Below are positions 8,795 through 17,635 of a stretch of 64,000 nucleotides of DNA, one piece after another. The notes below the pieces were generated by a model. It worked only from the letters and a program-made list of their open reading frames with translations. It did not search any database and was not told the origin of the DNA. Positions within the stretch are counted from its first letter, which is position 1. Each line of letters starts with the position of its first letter. Where the stretch lies: contig CAWJQC010000004.1 of NCBI GenBank assembly GCA_963844965.1, positions 32,001-96,000 of the forward strand. Reading direction: 5' to 3'. Origin of the DNA: an uncultured bacterium. GTDB taxonomy: Bacteria; Patescibacteriota; Minisyncoccia; UBA6257; 2-01-FULL-56-20. The position numbers and the translations under genes were made by a program.

Positions 8795-10252
8795 CTATGC
8801 CTTTGACTTTTTAATTCCCAATCCTAACTCATTCAATTGTTTTTTGTCCACATCGCTCGGCGAACCCATCATCGGGTCATAGCCCTCGCCAGTTTTCGGG
8901 AATGCAATAACTTCGCGGATGTTCGGCTCGTTTTGCAAAACAGTAACCAGGCGGTCAAGTCCCCAGGCGATGCCGCCATGCGGCGGCGCGCCGAAACTCA
9001 GCGCCTCAAGCATGTGCCCGAACTTCGCCTGTATCTCCGTGTCACTGTAGCCCATAATACTAAACACTGCCTTGAGTGCTTCGGGCCTGTGATTGCGCAT
9101 ACTGCCGCCGCCGATCTCCAGTCCGTTCAAAACAACATCGTATTGGCTTGTCAAAATTCCGGCAATATTTTTCTGCGCCAGCAAATCATCCATAAACTCC
9201 GGCTTCGGCGCGGAAAATGGGTTGTGCGTAAAAGTCCATTTGGTTTTCTCTCCGCCAGAGGCGGATCCCTGCCCGCCGGCAGGCGCGGCGCCTTCGGCGG
9301 AAAAAAACGGAAAATCAATTATCCAGCAAAAAGCCAAAAGGTTCGGGTCGTTCTTATCCTTCCGTAAATCCGGCCGGTCGGTTTTATATTTTTCAGCAAC
9401 ATCTTTATAGCTCAGACGCGGGAAAGGAATTTCCTGAATTTTTTTGTCCGGATAGAGGGTCTCCACTATCTTTATCAGAAGTTCTTCGTTTATCGCCATC
9501 ACATCCTCGCGTTCCACGAAGCTCATCTCCAGATCAAGTTGCGTGAATTCCGGCTGCCTGTCTCCTCTTGTGTCCTCGTCGCGGAAACAACGGGCAATCT
9601 GGAAATATTTTTCCAATCCGCCGACCATCAAAAGCTGTTTATACTGCTGCGGCGACTGCGGCAAAGCGTAAAACTGTCCTTTGAAAATGCGTGACGGCAC
9701 AAGATAATCGCGTGCGCCTTCCGGCGTGGATTTTGACAGCACCGGCGTTTCTATTTCCAAAAATCCTTTCCCATCCAGAAAATCTCGTATTAACTTGATT
9801 ATTCTGTGCCGCGAAATCAAGTTTTTCTGCAAGCGCGCGCGCCGCAAATCCAAATATCTGTATTTCAGGCGGGTTTCCTCGTTGATCTCGTAACCGTCGG
9901 CGTCAACGGAAATCGGCGTGGCTTCCGAGCGATTCAGGATTTCCAGTTCGGTCGCGCTGACTTCATAGTGACCGGTCGGCAACTTGTCGTTCACCATCGC
10001 CGGCGGCCGCTTCTTGACCTCGCCTTTCACTCGCACGACATATTCCAGCCGCAGGTCGCCGGCGCCTGATAATGATGGCCCTCCGCCAGAGGCGGATCCG
10101 CCTTCGGCGGAAAAAACGACCTGCGCTAAACCGCTCCGGTCGCGGAGGTCAATAAAAACCAATTTCCCGTGGTCGCGCCGCGCGTGAACCCAACCGCAAA
10201 GCTCAACTTCTTTGCCTTCGTTTTTTATGATTTCTGATACAGATACCCGCAT
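8795..10252 (-). CDS. aspS: Aspartyl-tRNA synthetase (class II, short type lacking the GAD domain) with two in-frame Gly/Ser/Ala-rich insertions.
   Basis: N-terminal OB fold, motif FRDEDTRGDRQPEFTQLDLEMSF, C-terminal GGIAWGLDRL. Confidence 0.85.
   Translation of the reverse strand: MRVSVSEIIKNEGKEVELCGWVHARRDHGKLVFIDLRDRSGLAQVVFSAEGGSASGGGPSLSGAGDLRLEYVVRVKGEVKKRPPAMVNDKLPTGHYEVSATELEILNRSEATPISVDADGYEINEETRLKYRYLDLRRARLQKNLISRHRIIKLIRDFLDGKGFLEIETPVLSKSTPEGARDYLVPSRIFKGQFYALPQSPQQYKQLLMVGGLEKYFQIARCFRDEDTRGDRQPEFTQLDLEMSFVEREDVMAINEELLIKIVETLYPDKKIQEIPFPRLSYKDVAEKYKTDRPDLRKDKNDPNLLAFCWIIDFPFFSAEGAAPAGGQGSASGGEKTKWTFTHNPFSAPKPEFMDDLLAQKNIAGILTSQYDVVLNGLEIGGGSMRNHRPEALKAVFSIMGYSDTEIQAKFGHMLEALSFGAPPHGGIAWGLDRLVTVLQNEPNIREVIAFPKTGEGYDPMMGSPSDVDKKQLNELGLGIKKSKA
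9248..9307. repeat. GC-rich palindromic mini-element copy 1 (with an extra 22-nt internal insert), located in-frame inside aspS.
   Basis: ctccgccagaggcggatcc[ctgcccgccggcaggcgcggcg]ccttcggcggaaaaaaa. Hairpins ccgcc-agag-gcgg and ccgcc-ttc-ggcgg. Confidence 0.55.
10080..10115. repeat. GC-rich palindromic mini-element copy 2, in-frame inside aspS.
   Basis: ctccgccagaggcggatccgccttcggcggaaaaaa. Encodes FSAEGGSASGGG on the coding strand. Confidence 0.55.
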
Positions 10253-10264
10253 GGATTGGCGTCC

Positions 10265-10528
10265 TTATTTAGCTCTTGCCTTATCAACCCTATCTATGGC
10301 GCTCTGATACTGATCGCGTATCTTTTCAAGCTCCTTGCGCTGATCGATCAGTGCATTTGCTGTCGCCTGACCATGCCTGACGCCATATTTTACTTGTTCT
10401 TGAATCTGCTTCTGAAGCTCCGCAATCTCTGCTAACTTCTTCGCAAGTTCTTCCTTGTAAATTTCGTACATTTCCTCGTCTTCTTGCGAAGCTTCGCCGC
10501 TATTTTGAATTATTTCTTTCCCGTCCAT
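10265..10528 (-). CDS. Hypothetical coiled-coil protein.
   Basis: ORF starting MDGKEIIQNS.... Heptad-like EELAKKLAEIAELQKQIQEQ. Confidence 0.4.
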   Translation of the reverse strand: MDGKEIIQNSGEASQEDEEMYEIYKEELAKKLAEIAELQKQIQEQVKYGVRHGQATANALIDQRKELEKIRDQYQSAIDRVDKARAK

Positions 10529-10558
10529 ATGAGTATGATATAATTTCACTATACACCA

Positions 10559-11047
10559 ATGCTGACTTTTGAACAAATGATCTTGCGACTCATCGTCGCC
10601 CTCGCCCTCGGAGCGCTCATTGGCCTTGAGCGCGAACTCATCGGCAAAGAAGCCGGAATACGCACGACGATGCTTGTTTCAAGCGGAGCGACAATCTTCT
10701 CAATCATCGCGATGACTCTCCCCTACCTTGTCGCGACGGACGCGTCGCAGTTGCCCGACATCCTCGCGCACAACGGCGGCTTCCTCACAATAATAGGAAA
10801 CATCATCGTCGGCATCGGCTTTATCGGCGCAGGCATAATACTCAAGGAAGAAGGGCGCGTGCGCAGCCTGACCACCGCGGCGGATGTCTGGTTCGCCGCC
10901 GCCGTCGGCATTCTTGTCGGTATTGGCCTGCTCAGCTTCGCTGTCGCTTCCGCAATACTCGTTGCCGGCCTTCTCTACTTACTGCGAAAAGTTAGGCTCT
11001 CCGAATACGTGCGGCCGGAAGATAAGGCCGAAAACGTGTCGGACTAA
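10559..11047 (+). CDS. MgtC/SapB-family membrane protein.
   Basis: LIVALALGALIGLERE...AGIRTTMLVSSGATIFSII. Confidence 0.7.
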   Translation: MLTFEQMILRLIVALALGALIGLERELIGKEAGIRTTMLVSSGATIFSIIAMTLPYLVATDASQLPDILAHNGGFLTIIGNIIVGIGFIGAGIILKEEGRVRSLTTAADVWFAAAVGILVGIGLLSFAVASAILVAGLLYLLRKVRLSEYVRPEDKAENVSD

Positions 11048-11069
11048 AAAACTTGTACCTTCTACGCAA

Positions 11070-11100
11070 ACAAAAACGCCCCGTTCATCGGGGTATTTTT
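11070..11100. terminator. Bidirectional intrinsic terminator shared by the mgtC-like gene (+) and rnpB (-).
   Basis: AAAAACgccccgttcatcggggtaTTTTTG. Confidence 0.6.
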
Positions 11101-11101
11101 G

Positions 11102-11512
11102 TTGCTGGCAATCCGTAAGCCGGATTCTGTCGCGCCTGCCTGTCGGCAGACGATGCGATCATTTATCTGGGCCCTTGATTGCTCGCGGGCTCAAGCGGCA
11201 CTTCCACCTCATCGGCGGACACGGCCTTGCACCCAGTAAGGATTTAGCCGTTTCATCTCCACTTTTTTATCCCTATGGCGGAGCTGGACCGACTAGCTTG
11301 GGATTGGGTCCGTCCGACTTTTTCAAATCGGACCGTTTCTGCTCGCACCTCTATTCTTACGAACGACGGCTGTTAGCCGCTACTATTTTATCCCTCCCCA
11401 GTTTTGCCAGTAATGTCACTGGCAAAACTGGGGAGGGATGGTGTCCGGACTTTCCTCCCTACATTTTCTAGAATTTTAAGAAAATGTAGGGCGATCGCCT
11501 AGATTGCCAGCT
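11102..11512 (-). ncRNA. rnpB: RNase P RNA (bacterial type).
   Basis: rc contains P4 strands GGAGGAAAGTCCGGAC and ACAGAATCCGGCTTA. P1 GCTGGCAATC/GATTGCCAGC. P3 hairpin CCCTACATTTTCT/AGAAAATGTAGGG. A 21-bp P-helix tccctccccagttttgccagt/actggcaaaactggggaggga. Confidence 0.85.
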
Positions 11513-11604
11513 AACTACAGTGTAACATTCTATCAAAAAAAATCAAGTCCGGAAGCAGTGTTCGCGACTAGCCGGTGATATTTTAATTCACGGCGGACAT
11601 ACCT

Positions 11605-12699
11605 TCAACTTATATTGAAAAGCAACTTGAATATGATAAAACACAACGCCGCGAGAACCCCACTCGCGATAATATTAACAAAGCAGACAAATCCCGAATC
11701 TTTTACCAGCCGCCAGCAAACCGCTTTAAAGCGGGATGCCACATCCGCTTCAGCTGTTGAGGATGAGATAACCTGCGCCGTGGAAAGCGGGTAACCGAAA
11801 ATTGTAAAAGTATAAATCACGAACGCCGATGCCATTTGCGGCGCGAAGGCGCGCGTCGGTTTAACTTTGCGTGAACGCACCCCCACTGCCTTAATCGCCC
11901 TCCAACCGCCGGCCATCACGCCCGCGGCGATGCCAAGCGAACACAACGCTATCACCCACCACGGAATAACCACCGAATCTCCCGCTCGTAAGACATTAAT
12001 GCCGACTATCACAAGTGTGAAAGCAATGACGCCCATCGCCTTTTGTGCTTCATTCGCGCCACAAGAGAACGTCTGTGCCGCCAAAGACACAGCTTGCATA
12101 TTTTTAAACGATCTATCGGCGCGGTGTCCAAATAGTCCCGAAAAACGGACCGCCACTTTAGCAAAAATACGCGCGACAGCAAACCCGACGAGAGGAGCGA
12201 TAAGCATTATAACTACGATCAAGAGCACTTTCAGCCAATGAATCGGCTGAAATCCCCAAGCGATTAAAAACGCACCGACAAGCCCGCCGATGAGCGCGTA
12301 AGATAAGGAAGACGGGACCCTAAGGCGCCTGGCCAAGAAGTTCCACACTATCGCCCCAAGCAGCGCGGCTATAATTACGAACGCGCCTACGCTCCTTTCT
12401 CCCAAAAAGCTCGGGTCAATAATTCTCTGGCTAATGGTTCTCGCTACCGCCGTTCCCAAAAGAAACGCGCCGGCAAAATTTCCCGCCGCCGCGAGCAAAA
12501 ACGCCCGGGTCGGTGAAACAGAACCAGACATAATCACCGCAGCTGTTCGGTCAGACGAATCGCCAAAACCATTCATGAAGTCAAAAAACAAGCCGAGCGC
12601 TATAGCGATCGCCGCGAGCAAGATTGCCAATCCGGTCACCGGTTCTATGACTTGCATCAATGTAAAAGTTAAATCGTTCGCGAATCGGCGCCCTAACAA
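11605..12699 (-). CDS. Inorganic phosphate transporter, PiT/PHO4 family.
   Basis: Polytopic membrane protein with the FMNGFGDSSDRTAAVI motif region and a duplicated half structure. Confidence 0.6.
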   Translation of the reverse strand: MLGRRFANDLTFTLMQVIEPVTGLAILLAAIAIALGLFFDFMNGFGDSSDRTAAVIMSGSVSPTRAFLLAAAGNFAGAFLLGTAVARTISQRIIDPSFLGERSVGAFVIIAALLGAIVWNFLARRLRVPSSLSYALIGGLVGAFLIAWGFQPIHWLKVLLIVVIMLIAPLVGFAVARIFAKVAVRFSGLFGHRADRSFKNMQAVSLAAQTFSCGANEAQKAMGVIAFTLVIVGINVLRAGDSVVIPWWVIALCSLGIAAGVMAGGWRAIKAVGVRSRKVKPTRAFAPQMASAFVIYTFTIFGYPLSTAQVISSSTAEADVASRFKAVCWRLVKDSGFVCFVNIIASGVLAALCFIIFKLLFNIS

Positions 12700-12770
12700 G
12701 TTAGTGGGCTCTAGAGTGCTTTGTTTATATTCAGTTAGCCCGCGAACTCGTCAACTGAACAATTTTTCAA

Positions 12771-13203
12771 CTATAACCCATTCTTGTTCAAAACCTCATT
12801 CACGACTCTATCCGCTTTTCTGTTCTCCTCGCGCGGCACGTGGCGGAATTCCACCATTTTAAAGTCAAATTTCAAATTCCATACACCGACGAACAGTGGC
12901 TGCAGGTTTTCTTCCATGATCTTATACTTGCCGTTCAGTTGTTTCACCACGAGTTCGGAATCCATCCTTATTTCAACATCCGACTCCTTCGCTTTCGCTT
13001 TGCCAATGAGCTGTTTTATTTTTTTAAGCGCGAAAATGACCGCTTCGTATTCGGCCTGATTGTTGGTCTTCTCGCCTAGATATTCGCCATATTCTTTATT
13101 ATCAATCACAACCCCGATAGCGGCCGGACCTGGATTTCCCCTGGAACCGCCGTCGGTATAAACGACGTATCTTTGATTCTTTGAATAATTGACCCTTCTT
13201 CAT
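12771..13203 (-). CDS. rnhA: Ribonuclease HI. It has a 1-nt frameshift between the ATG (13203, overlapping the upstream stop as ATGA) and the YTDGGSRGNPGP motif.
   Basis: VVYTDGGSRGNPGPAAIGVVI...NNQAEYEAVIFALK...RHVPREENRKADRVVNEV. The ORF track starts only at GTG 13109. Confidence 0.75.
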
Positions 13204-14153
13204 TTTAGCCTTTCAACAACTTCCATAGCGACCCTTCCAGCGTCTTCCTTACTTTTGAAGAAAGCACCCGCGGCGCCCTTGTGGCCGCCGCCGCCGTATT
13301 TTGCCATAAGTTCACCAGCATGAATTTTTGCCTCGCGCATTCGCCAGGGATTCGCTGAAAGCCCTACCTCAAAAAGGTTGTCGCTCCTTTGCAGGCGGAC
13401 GGCATAGATGGTCTTCGGATAAAGATAGTATGGCGCGAACCGCAGCTTGCCGCTACCTGCCAATGTCAGGTCTATAAATGTCGCCTTGCCGCGAACTTTT
13501 ATGTTCTTCCGGTAAAATCTCAATCCCAATCTTATCTTTTTGCGCGCACCGGCTGCGCATTCCTGAACGCGCGGGTCTTTAGCTATTTCCCTGAGCGACT
13601 TCCGGGAAAGAAGGTCTATGAGCGGCCGGCGCGTGCTGTTATCATTGGCGTTCTTTTCAATGAAGGCGTCAATGCGGAGTGCCGGCTCCTTTACTTCAAG
13701 CGTCTGCTTGGCGGATCCATAACCCGCTCCGTCAATAATGTCCAGCCATTTCGTCAACTCCTTGAAGTGCTTGGGTGGTTTCCAGTCGAAACCGACGCGC
13801 AGTGACGCCTCGGTAAAATGGCACGCCGACTTATACGACGGATCGTAACGGCGGAACTTGGATGGTCTGAACTTTTTCCGCCAGCTTTCTTTCTGAAAAG
13901 CGGTCGGATGGTGGTCAAACCAAAAAAAAGCCCCTGGGTGGTATTGGAAATCCAAAACGATGGCCGGATTGCGCCTGCCGCGGAAGAGTTTGTGCTTCAA
14001 AAAGAATTTTTCGTCCCGCCACTGCGGTAAAATATCAAAACCGAGAGGAACATAACGCTCAATATCGTCGCCGCGGTCGCGCAAAAATGCAAGCATCACC
14101 GCCGCTGACGCCCATCCGTCAAAATCGTTGTGAAAATAGACGTCGTAAGTCAT
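13200..14153 (-). CDS. DHH-family phosphoesterase (NrnA-like, DHH + DHHA1).
   Basis: HNDFDGWASAAV, FDHHP, and the C-terminal GGGGHKGAAG. Confidence 0.75.
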   Translation of the reverse strand: MTYDVYFHNDFDGWASAAVMLAFLRDRGDDIERYVPLGFDILPQWRDEKFFLKHKLFRGRRNPAIVLDFQYHPGAFFWFDHHPTAFQKESWRKKFRPSKFRRYDPSYKSACHFTEASLRVGFDWKPPKHFKELTKWLDIIDGAGYGSAKQTLEVKEPALRIDAFIEKNANDNSTRRPLIDLLSRKSLREIAKDPRVQECAAGARKKIRLGLRFYRKNIKVRGKATFIDLTLAGSGKLRFAPYYLYPKTIYAVRLQRSDNLFEVGLSANPWRMREAKIHAGELMAKYGGGGHKGAAGAFFKSKEDAGRVAMEVVERLK

Positions 14154-14377
14154 TCTCTATTATGATAACGCCTGCCGCCCCTCCTCGCCAACTATCTGAA
14201 GTCATCGGCGAAAAATTCATAACCGCAGATTAGCACGGGCGTGGAAAGAAAATACCAGAATACCACGTCGTCTATGGGAAAAATATGGCCGAAAACAAGA
14301 ATTGGAAAGATATATTTTCCGGGTGACCAGGACCCCGTAATTTAGACACAAAGGTCGAAACAAACTACCATTGTGTC

Positions 14378-14641
14378 ATGAGCAACAAAAAAGGGCATCG
14401 GATTGCAAAGGAAGTGAAGGCGGACATCCTCCGCCGCGTGAAGGAAGAAGGCGTTTCGGTGGCCCAAGCCGCGAAGGACCACGGCTTGCACGAGTCCACC
14501 ATCTATAACTGGCTCGGAGCCGGAGCGGCAGGCGCTCCCTCGTGGAGCGAGTTCTCCCGCCTGCAGAAGCAGAACCGCGAGCTCTTTGAGGTGGTGGGCG
14601 AGCTCACCGTGAAGCTCTCTCAGGCCCAAAAAAAGAGTTGA
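14378..14641 (+). CDS. IS3-family transposase OrfA (HTH).
   Basis: RIAKEVKADILRRVKEEGVSVAQAAKDHGLHESTIYNW plus a leucine-zipper tail. Confidence 0.8.
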   Translation: MSNKKGHRIAKEVKADILRRVKEEGVSVAQAAKDHGLHESTIYNWLGAGAAGAPSWSEFSRLQKQNRELFEVVGELTVKLSQAQKKS

Positions 14642-15420
14642 CGGAGAAACGGGACAAGTCGGCCCTGGCCAGGGCCATGGGCGTCTCACGGGCATCGCTC
14701 TACTACGTTCCGAAACAGTACGCGAAGGATTGGGCATTCAAGATCCTGATCGAGGAAGAGCTGCGGCGCCATTCCTCGTACGGCTCGCGGCGCCTGGCGC
14801 AAGCCCTCCACGCGAACCGCAAACGGACCAGGCGTGTGATGAAGCTCTTTGGCATCAAGCCATACCGGAGGCGGGGCAAGAAATATCGTAAATCAAAGGC
14901 ATCGCGGGCCTTTCCGAACCTCTTACTTGCCATCATGCCCTCGTACGCGAACCACGTCTGGGCAACCGATTTCACGGAGTTCCTGTATCGCGGCAAGAAA
15001 GTGTACGTGTCCACGATACTCGATCTTTTCACGAGACGATTGATGGGCGTCCATGTGGCGTTGCGGAAAGGATCGCCCCTCACGATACAGACCCTGGCCA
15101 ACGCGCTTTTCCACCATCCGCATCCGGTCATCTTCCATTCGGACAACGGCAGCGAGTACAAGGCACGAGCGTTCACCGATACACTGGGGGACTGTGGCAT
15201 CACGATCTCGCGGTCGCGGCCCGGTGCCCCATGGGAAAACGGCTACCAGGAATCGTTCTATGACAAGTTCAAGATTGACCTCGGTGATCCCAACCGGTTC
15301 GGGACCTTCGGCGAGCTCGTGGCGGAGATCTACAGCACCTTGTGGCAGTACAACCACACGCGGATCCACTCCGCCCTCAAGATGCCGCCGTCCGTGTTTG
15401 CCGAGAAGATTGCGGCTTAA
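14638..15420 (+). CDS. IS3-family transposase OrfB (DDE integrase core).
   Basis: WATDFTEF...HSDNGSEY...NGYQESF. rve domain. Confidence 0.8.
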   Translation: MTEKRDKSALARAMGVSRASLYYVPKQYAKDWAFKILIEEELRRHSSYGSRRLAQALHANRKRTRRVMKLFGIKPYRRRGKKYRKSKASRAFPNLLLAIMPSYANHVWATDFTEFLYRGKKVYVSTILDLFTRRLMGVHVALRKGSPLTIQTLANALFHHPHPVIFHSDNGSEYKARAFTDTLGDCGITISRSRPGAPWENGYQESFYDKFKIDLGDPNRFGTFGELVAEIYSTLWQYNHTRIHSALKMPPSVFAEKIAA

Positions 15421-15472
15421 CGAAAAAAAACGGCAAAAAGCCGTCGAATCACTGTCTAAAGAAACCTATCCT

Positions 15473-15736
15473 TTACAGGTGTTTATAGCTGCCATCTTCT
15501 GGTGCCCAAGACTCAAACAATTTCTTTAAGTCCTCTATGATTCCCACCTCCCACTCCATAATAACAAGCGCTGCAGTCGTTCCAAAAACGAATATGTGCG
15601 CGATTCCGTCCGAGAGGCCGGATTGCTTGACCACCGCAGCAACCCGATCGGTGATGTTTATAAAATCGTAGTGACCTTTTGTTTTGACGGAAAGGATCAT
15701 CGCCATATTATCTCGAAAGTTGCGGGTGGGGTGCAA
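15473..15736 (-). pseudogene. N-terminal 87 aa of a YjbQ/UPF0047-family protein, truncated immediately next to the IS3 right end.
   Basis: HITDRVAAVVKQSGLSDGIAHIFVFGTTAALVIMEWE...DGSYKHL* compared with the ~138-aa family. Stop is 13 nt from the IS IR. No C-terminal remainder was found on the other side of the IS. Confidence 0.6.
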
Positions 15737-16050
15737 ACGATTCTACCGCAAACTGGTTTTTTTTGCGGTTTTGACATGTCCATGTTTCCCAACTCTATCA
15801 CTTTAATTCTATCAGAACAGAGAAAATTATATGCATCTCGGTCTGTCCGATACTAAAACTAGGTGCGGGGAGTAGTGGACGACGTTAGAACCTGTTTGAT
15901 GGAAAATGCCAGCAAATTCAGTATCCCGAGTCTTGTGAGTTAGGTTCCCCCACCCTATCACCCACCATATCTACTCCGGTGGTTGGACGACATAAGGGCC
16001 TGTAAAAAAACCGAACATTCTTATCGCGATCAGCTTTGAGAAATTAACTT

Positions 16051-17106
16051 CTAGTTCCCCATCTTCGGCCCGCTTACGTCGCCATTGTTATTATATCCAG
16101 ACTTTTCCCACGTGCCTTTGTAATTAATATCATCGGACAACTCAATTTTGGTTATCCATTTTATCCATTTGTATCCCCATTTTTGTTCCGCAACAAGCTG
16201 AAACGGGAAGCCTTTTTCTGCCGGAATGACAACGTTATTCATTTTATAGGCCAAGAGAATATTATTATTTTCAATATAATCCAGGGGCAGTGAGGTGGTA
16301 TAACCATCGCTCGCATAAAATATGACAACTTTTGCTTGTGCTTTAATACCGGCCGATTCCAAAAGGTCTTTGACCAAGACCCCTTCCCATAAAATTTTTG
16401 CAGTCCAGCCCTCGACACAATCAAGCTCCACAACCTTAGAATATTTCTGAAAATTTAGAACTTGATCGTAGGTATAACTTTTTGGAGTCTGGACCAAGCC
16501 AGAGATTTCCAATGAGTAATTATCAATGTCTATATATTGAGTTCCTTTAATCGCGTTATCCTGAATATCGGCAATTGATGATAATTTTTCTCCCTGGTAC
16601 TCCTTAACCTGACTATCTGTTAATTGTTTTGTTGCGTAATCAGACGATAATTTAATTCTGATAAAAGAAATGCTTGCGATTCCGGCCAGCACCAAAAAAA
16701 TTATTAAAAACCAAATTTTGGTTCTCAAACCTAAAAATTTATTTTCAGGAGTTGCGTTGAGTGTTTTTTCGGAAACTTTAATTCGGCCCAAGACGATATT
16801 CATCAATGCCAAAACTACTATAATAATACCCGACCAATCATGTGCAAAATTTATCCAAAATAACGGCAAAGGCGCATAGCCAATTACATGATACAATTCC
16901 AAAAACTTAAAAACGCCCGTAATAACCAGTATTGGAACAAAAAATATCAAAACCAGTCGAACAATTTTTCTTAATGCAATCACGCTTTTATTATATCGTT
17001 TCCATCCGAAGTCAACAAAAGCGAAGAGCGTCAAAAAACCACCCCGTGTGCGGAGCGGCGGAAATTTACTCCAACGGGTGGACGGTGTTAGAATATAAAT
17101 CGCCAA
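16051..17106 (-). CDS. Molybdopterin-dependent oxidoreductase (sulfite-oxidase/MsrP-like catalytic domain) fused to an N-terminal multi-TM domain.
   Basis: ELDCVEGWTAKILWEGV...FYASDGYTTSLPL...LLAYKMNNVVIPAEKGFPFQLVAEQKWGYKWIKW. Confidence 0.65.
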   Translation of the reverse strand: MAIYILTPSTRWSKFPPLRTRGGFLTLFAFVDFGWKRYNKSVIALRKIVRLVLIFFVPILVITGVFKFLELYHVIGYAPLPLFWINFAHDWSGIIIVVLALMNIVLGRIKVSEKTLNATPENKFLGLRTKIWFLIIFLVLAGIASISFIRIKLSSDYATKQLTDSQVKEYQGEKLSSIADIQDNAIKGTQYIDIDNYSLEISGLVQTPKSYTYDQVLNFQKYSKVVELDCVEGWTAKILWEGVLVKDLLESAGIKAQAKVVIFYASDGYTTSLPLDYIENNNILLAYKMNNVVIPAEKGFPFQLVAEQKWGYKWIKWITKIELSDDINYKGTWEKSGYNNNGDVSGPKMGN

Positions 17107-17163
17107 AAGTTAGAACCTCAAATTGCTTACCGGATAAGCGTTAACCGAGAAAAATTATCGTAG

Positions 17164-17235
17164 CGGGGGCAGTAGGAATCGAACCCACGTTAGCGGTTTT
17201 GGAGACCGCTGTCCTGCCACTGAACGATGCCCCCT
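17164..17235 (-). tRNA. tRNA-Trp (CCA).
   Basis: rc GGGGGCATCGTTCAGTGGCAGGACAGCGGTCTCCAAAACCGCTAACGTGGGTTCGATTCCTACTGCCCCCG. Anticodon loop cuCCAaa. Confidence 0.85.
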
Positions 17236-17332
17236 TGCGCTCCGACCATGGTCGGAGCGCAATTTTCAAATCACAATTTCCAATTTTCAAACCATTACTG
17301 AATTACCACTAATTACAACTGAATTACATCTA

Positions 17333-17515
17333 TTACTTCCCTCCTATCTTAACCTCCTTGTGTGCCGTATGTTTTCGGCACCACTTGCAGAATTTTTTAT
17401 ATTCCAGTTTCCGCTCAACTTTCTTCTTGTTCTTGGTCGTATAATAATTCCGCCGTTTGCAGACGGAACAACGCAGGGCTATTAAATTCTCGGAATGCTT
17501 GGATTTAGCTGCCAT
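17333..17515 (-). CDS. rpmG: 50S ribosomal protein L33.
   Basis: MAAKSKHSENLIALRCSVCKRRNYYTTKNKKK...KFCKWCRKHTAHKE. Confidence 0.85.
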   Translation of the reverse strand: MAAKSKHSENLIALRCSVCKRRNYYTTKNKKKVERKLEYKKFCKWCRKHTAHKEVKIGGK

Positions 17516-17635
17516 GGAATCAGAAAGTAGAAGGTAGAAAATAGAATTTAGAACATAGAACTGAGGGCGCGGAGAGAACAATCCTCAAAATTCCACACAG
17601 GAAATCTTAGCAGAAAACCGGTTTTCGCGCAAATC

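Larger units (their letters stand above)
14341..15460 (+). mobile_element. IS3-family insertion sequence (orfA + orfB with a -1 frameshift window A AAA AAG at 14628-14634).
   Basis: Imperfect terminal IRs TTTAGACAcaaaggTCGA (14341-) and rc TTTAGACAgtgatTCGA (-15460). HTH OrfA and DDE OrfB. Confidence 0.75.

Noticed and set aside
10884-11471. 195-aa plus-strand ORF.
   Set aside because: It overlaps the RNase P RNA gene on the opposite strand and has no protein features. Spurious.
15850-15960. TPP-riboswitch-like core on the plus strand (AACCTGTTTGATGGAAAATGCCAGC vs thi-box ACCUGAUCUGGAUAAUGCCAGCG), with possible P1 complementarity (GGTGCGGGGA / TCCCCCACC).
   Set aside because: CUGAGA, the ACCC element and the 3' GUAGGGAA are missing. 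No plus-strand gene lies downstream (the adjacent genes are on the minus strand). It is probably a chance match or a decayed remnant. It would be worth an Infernal RF00059 scan.
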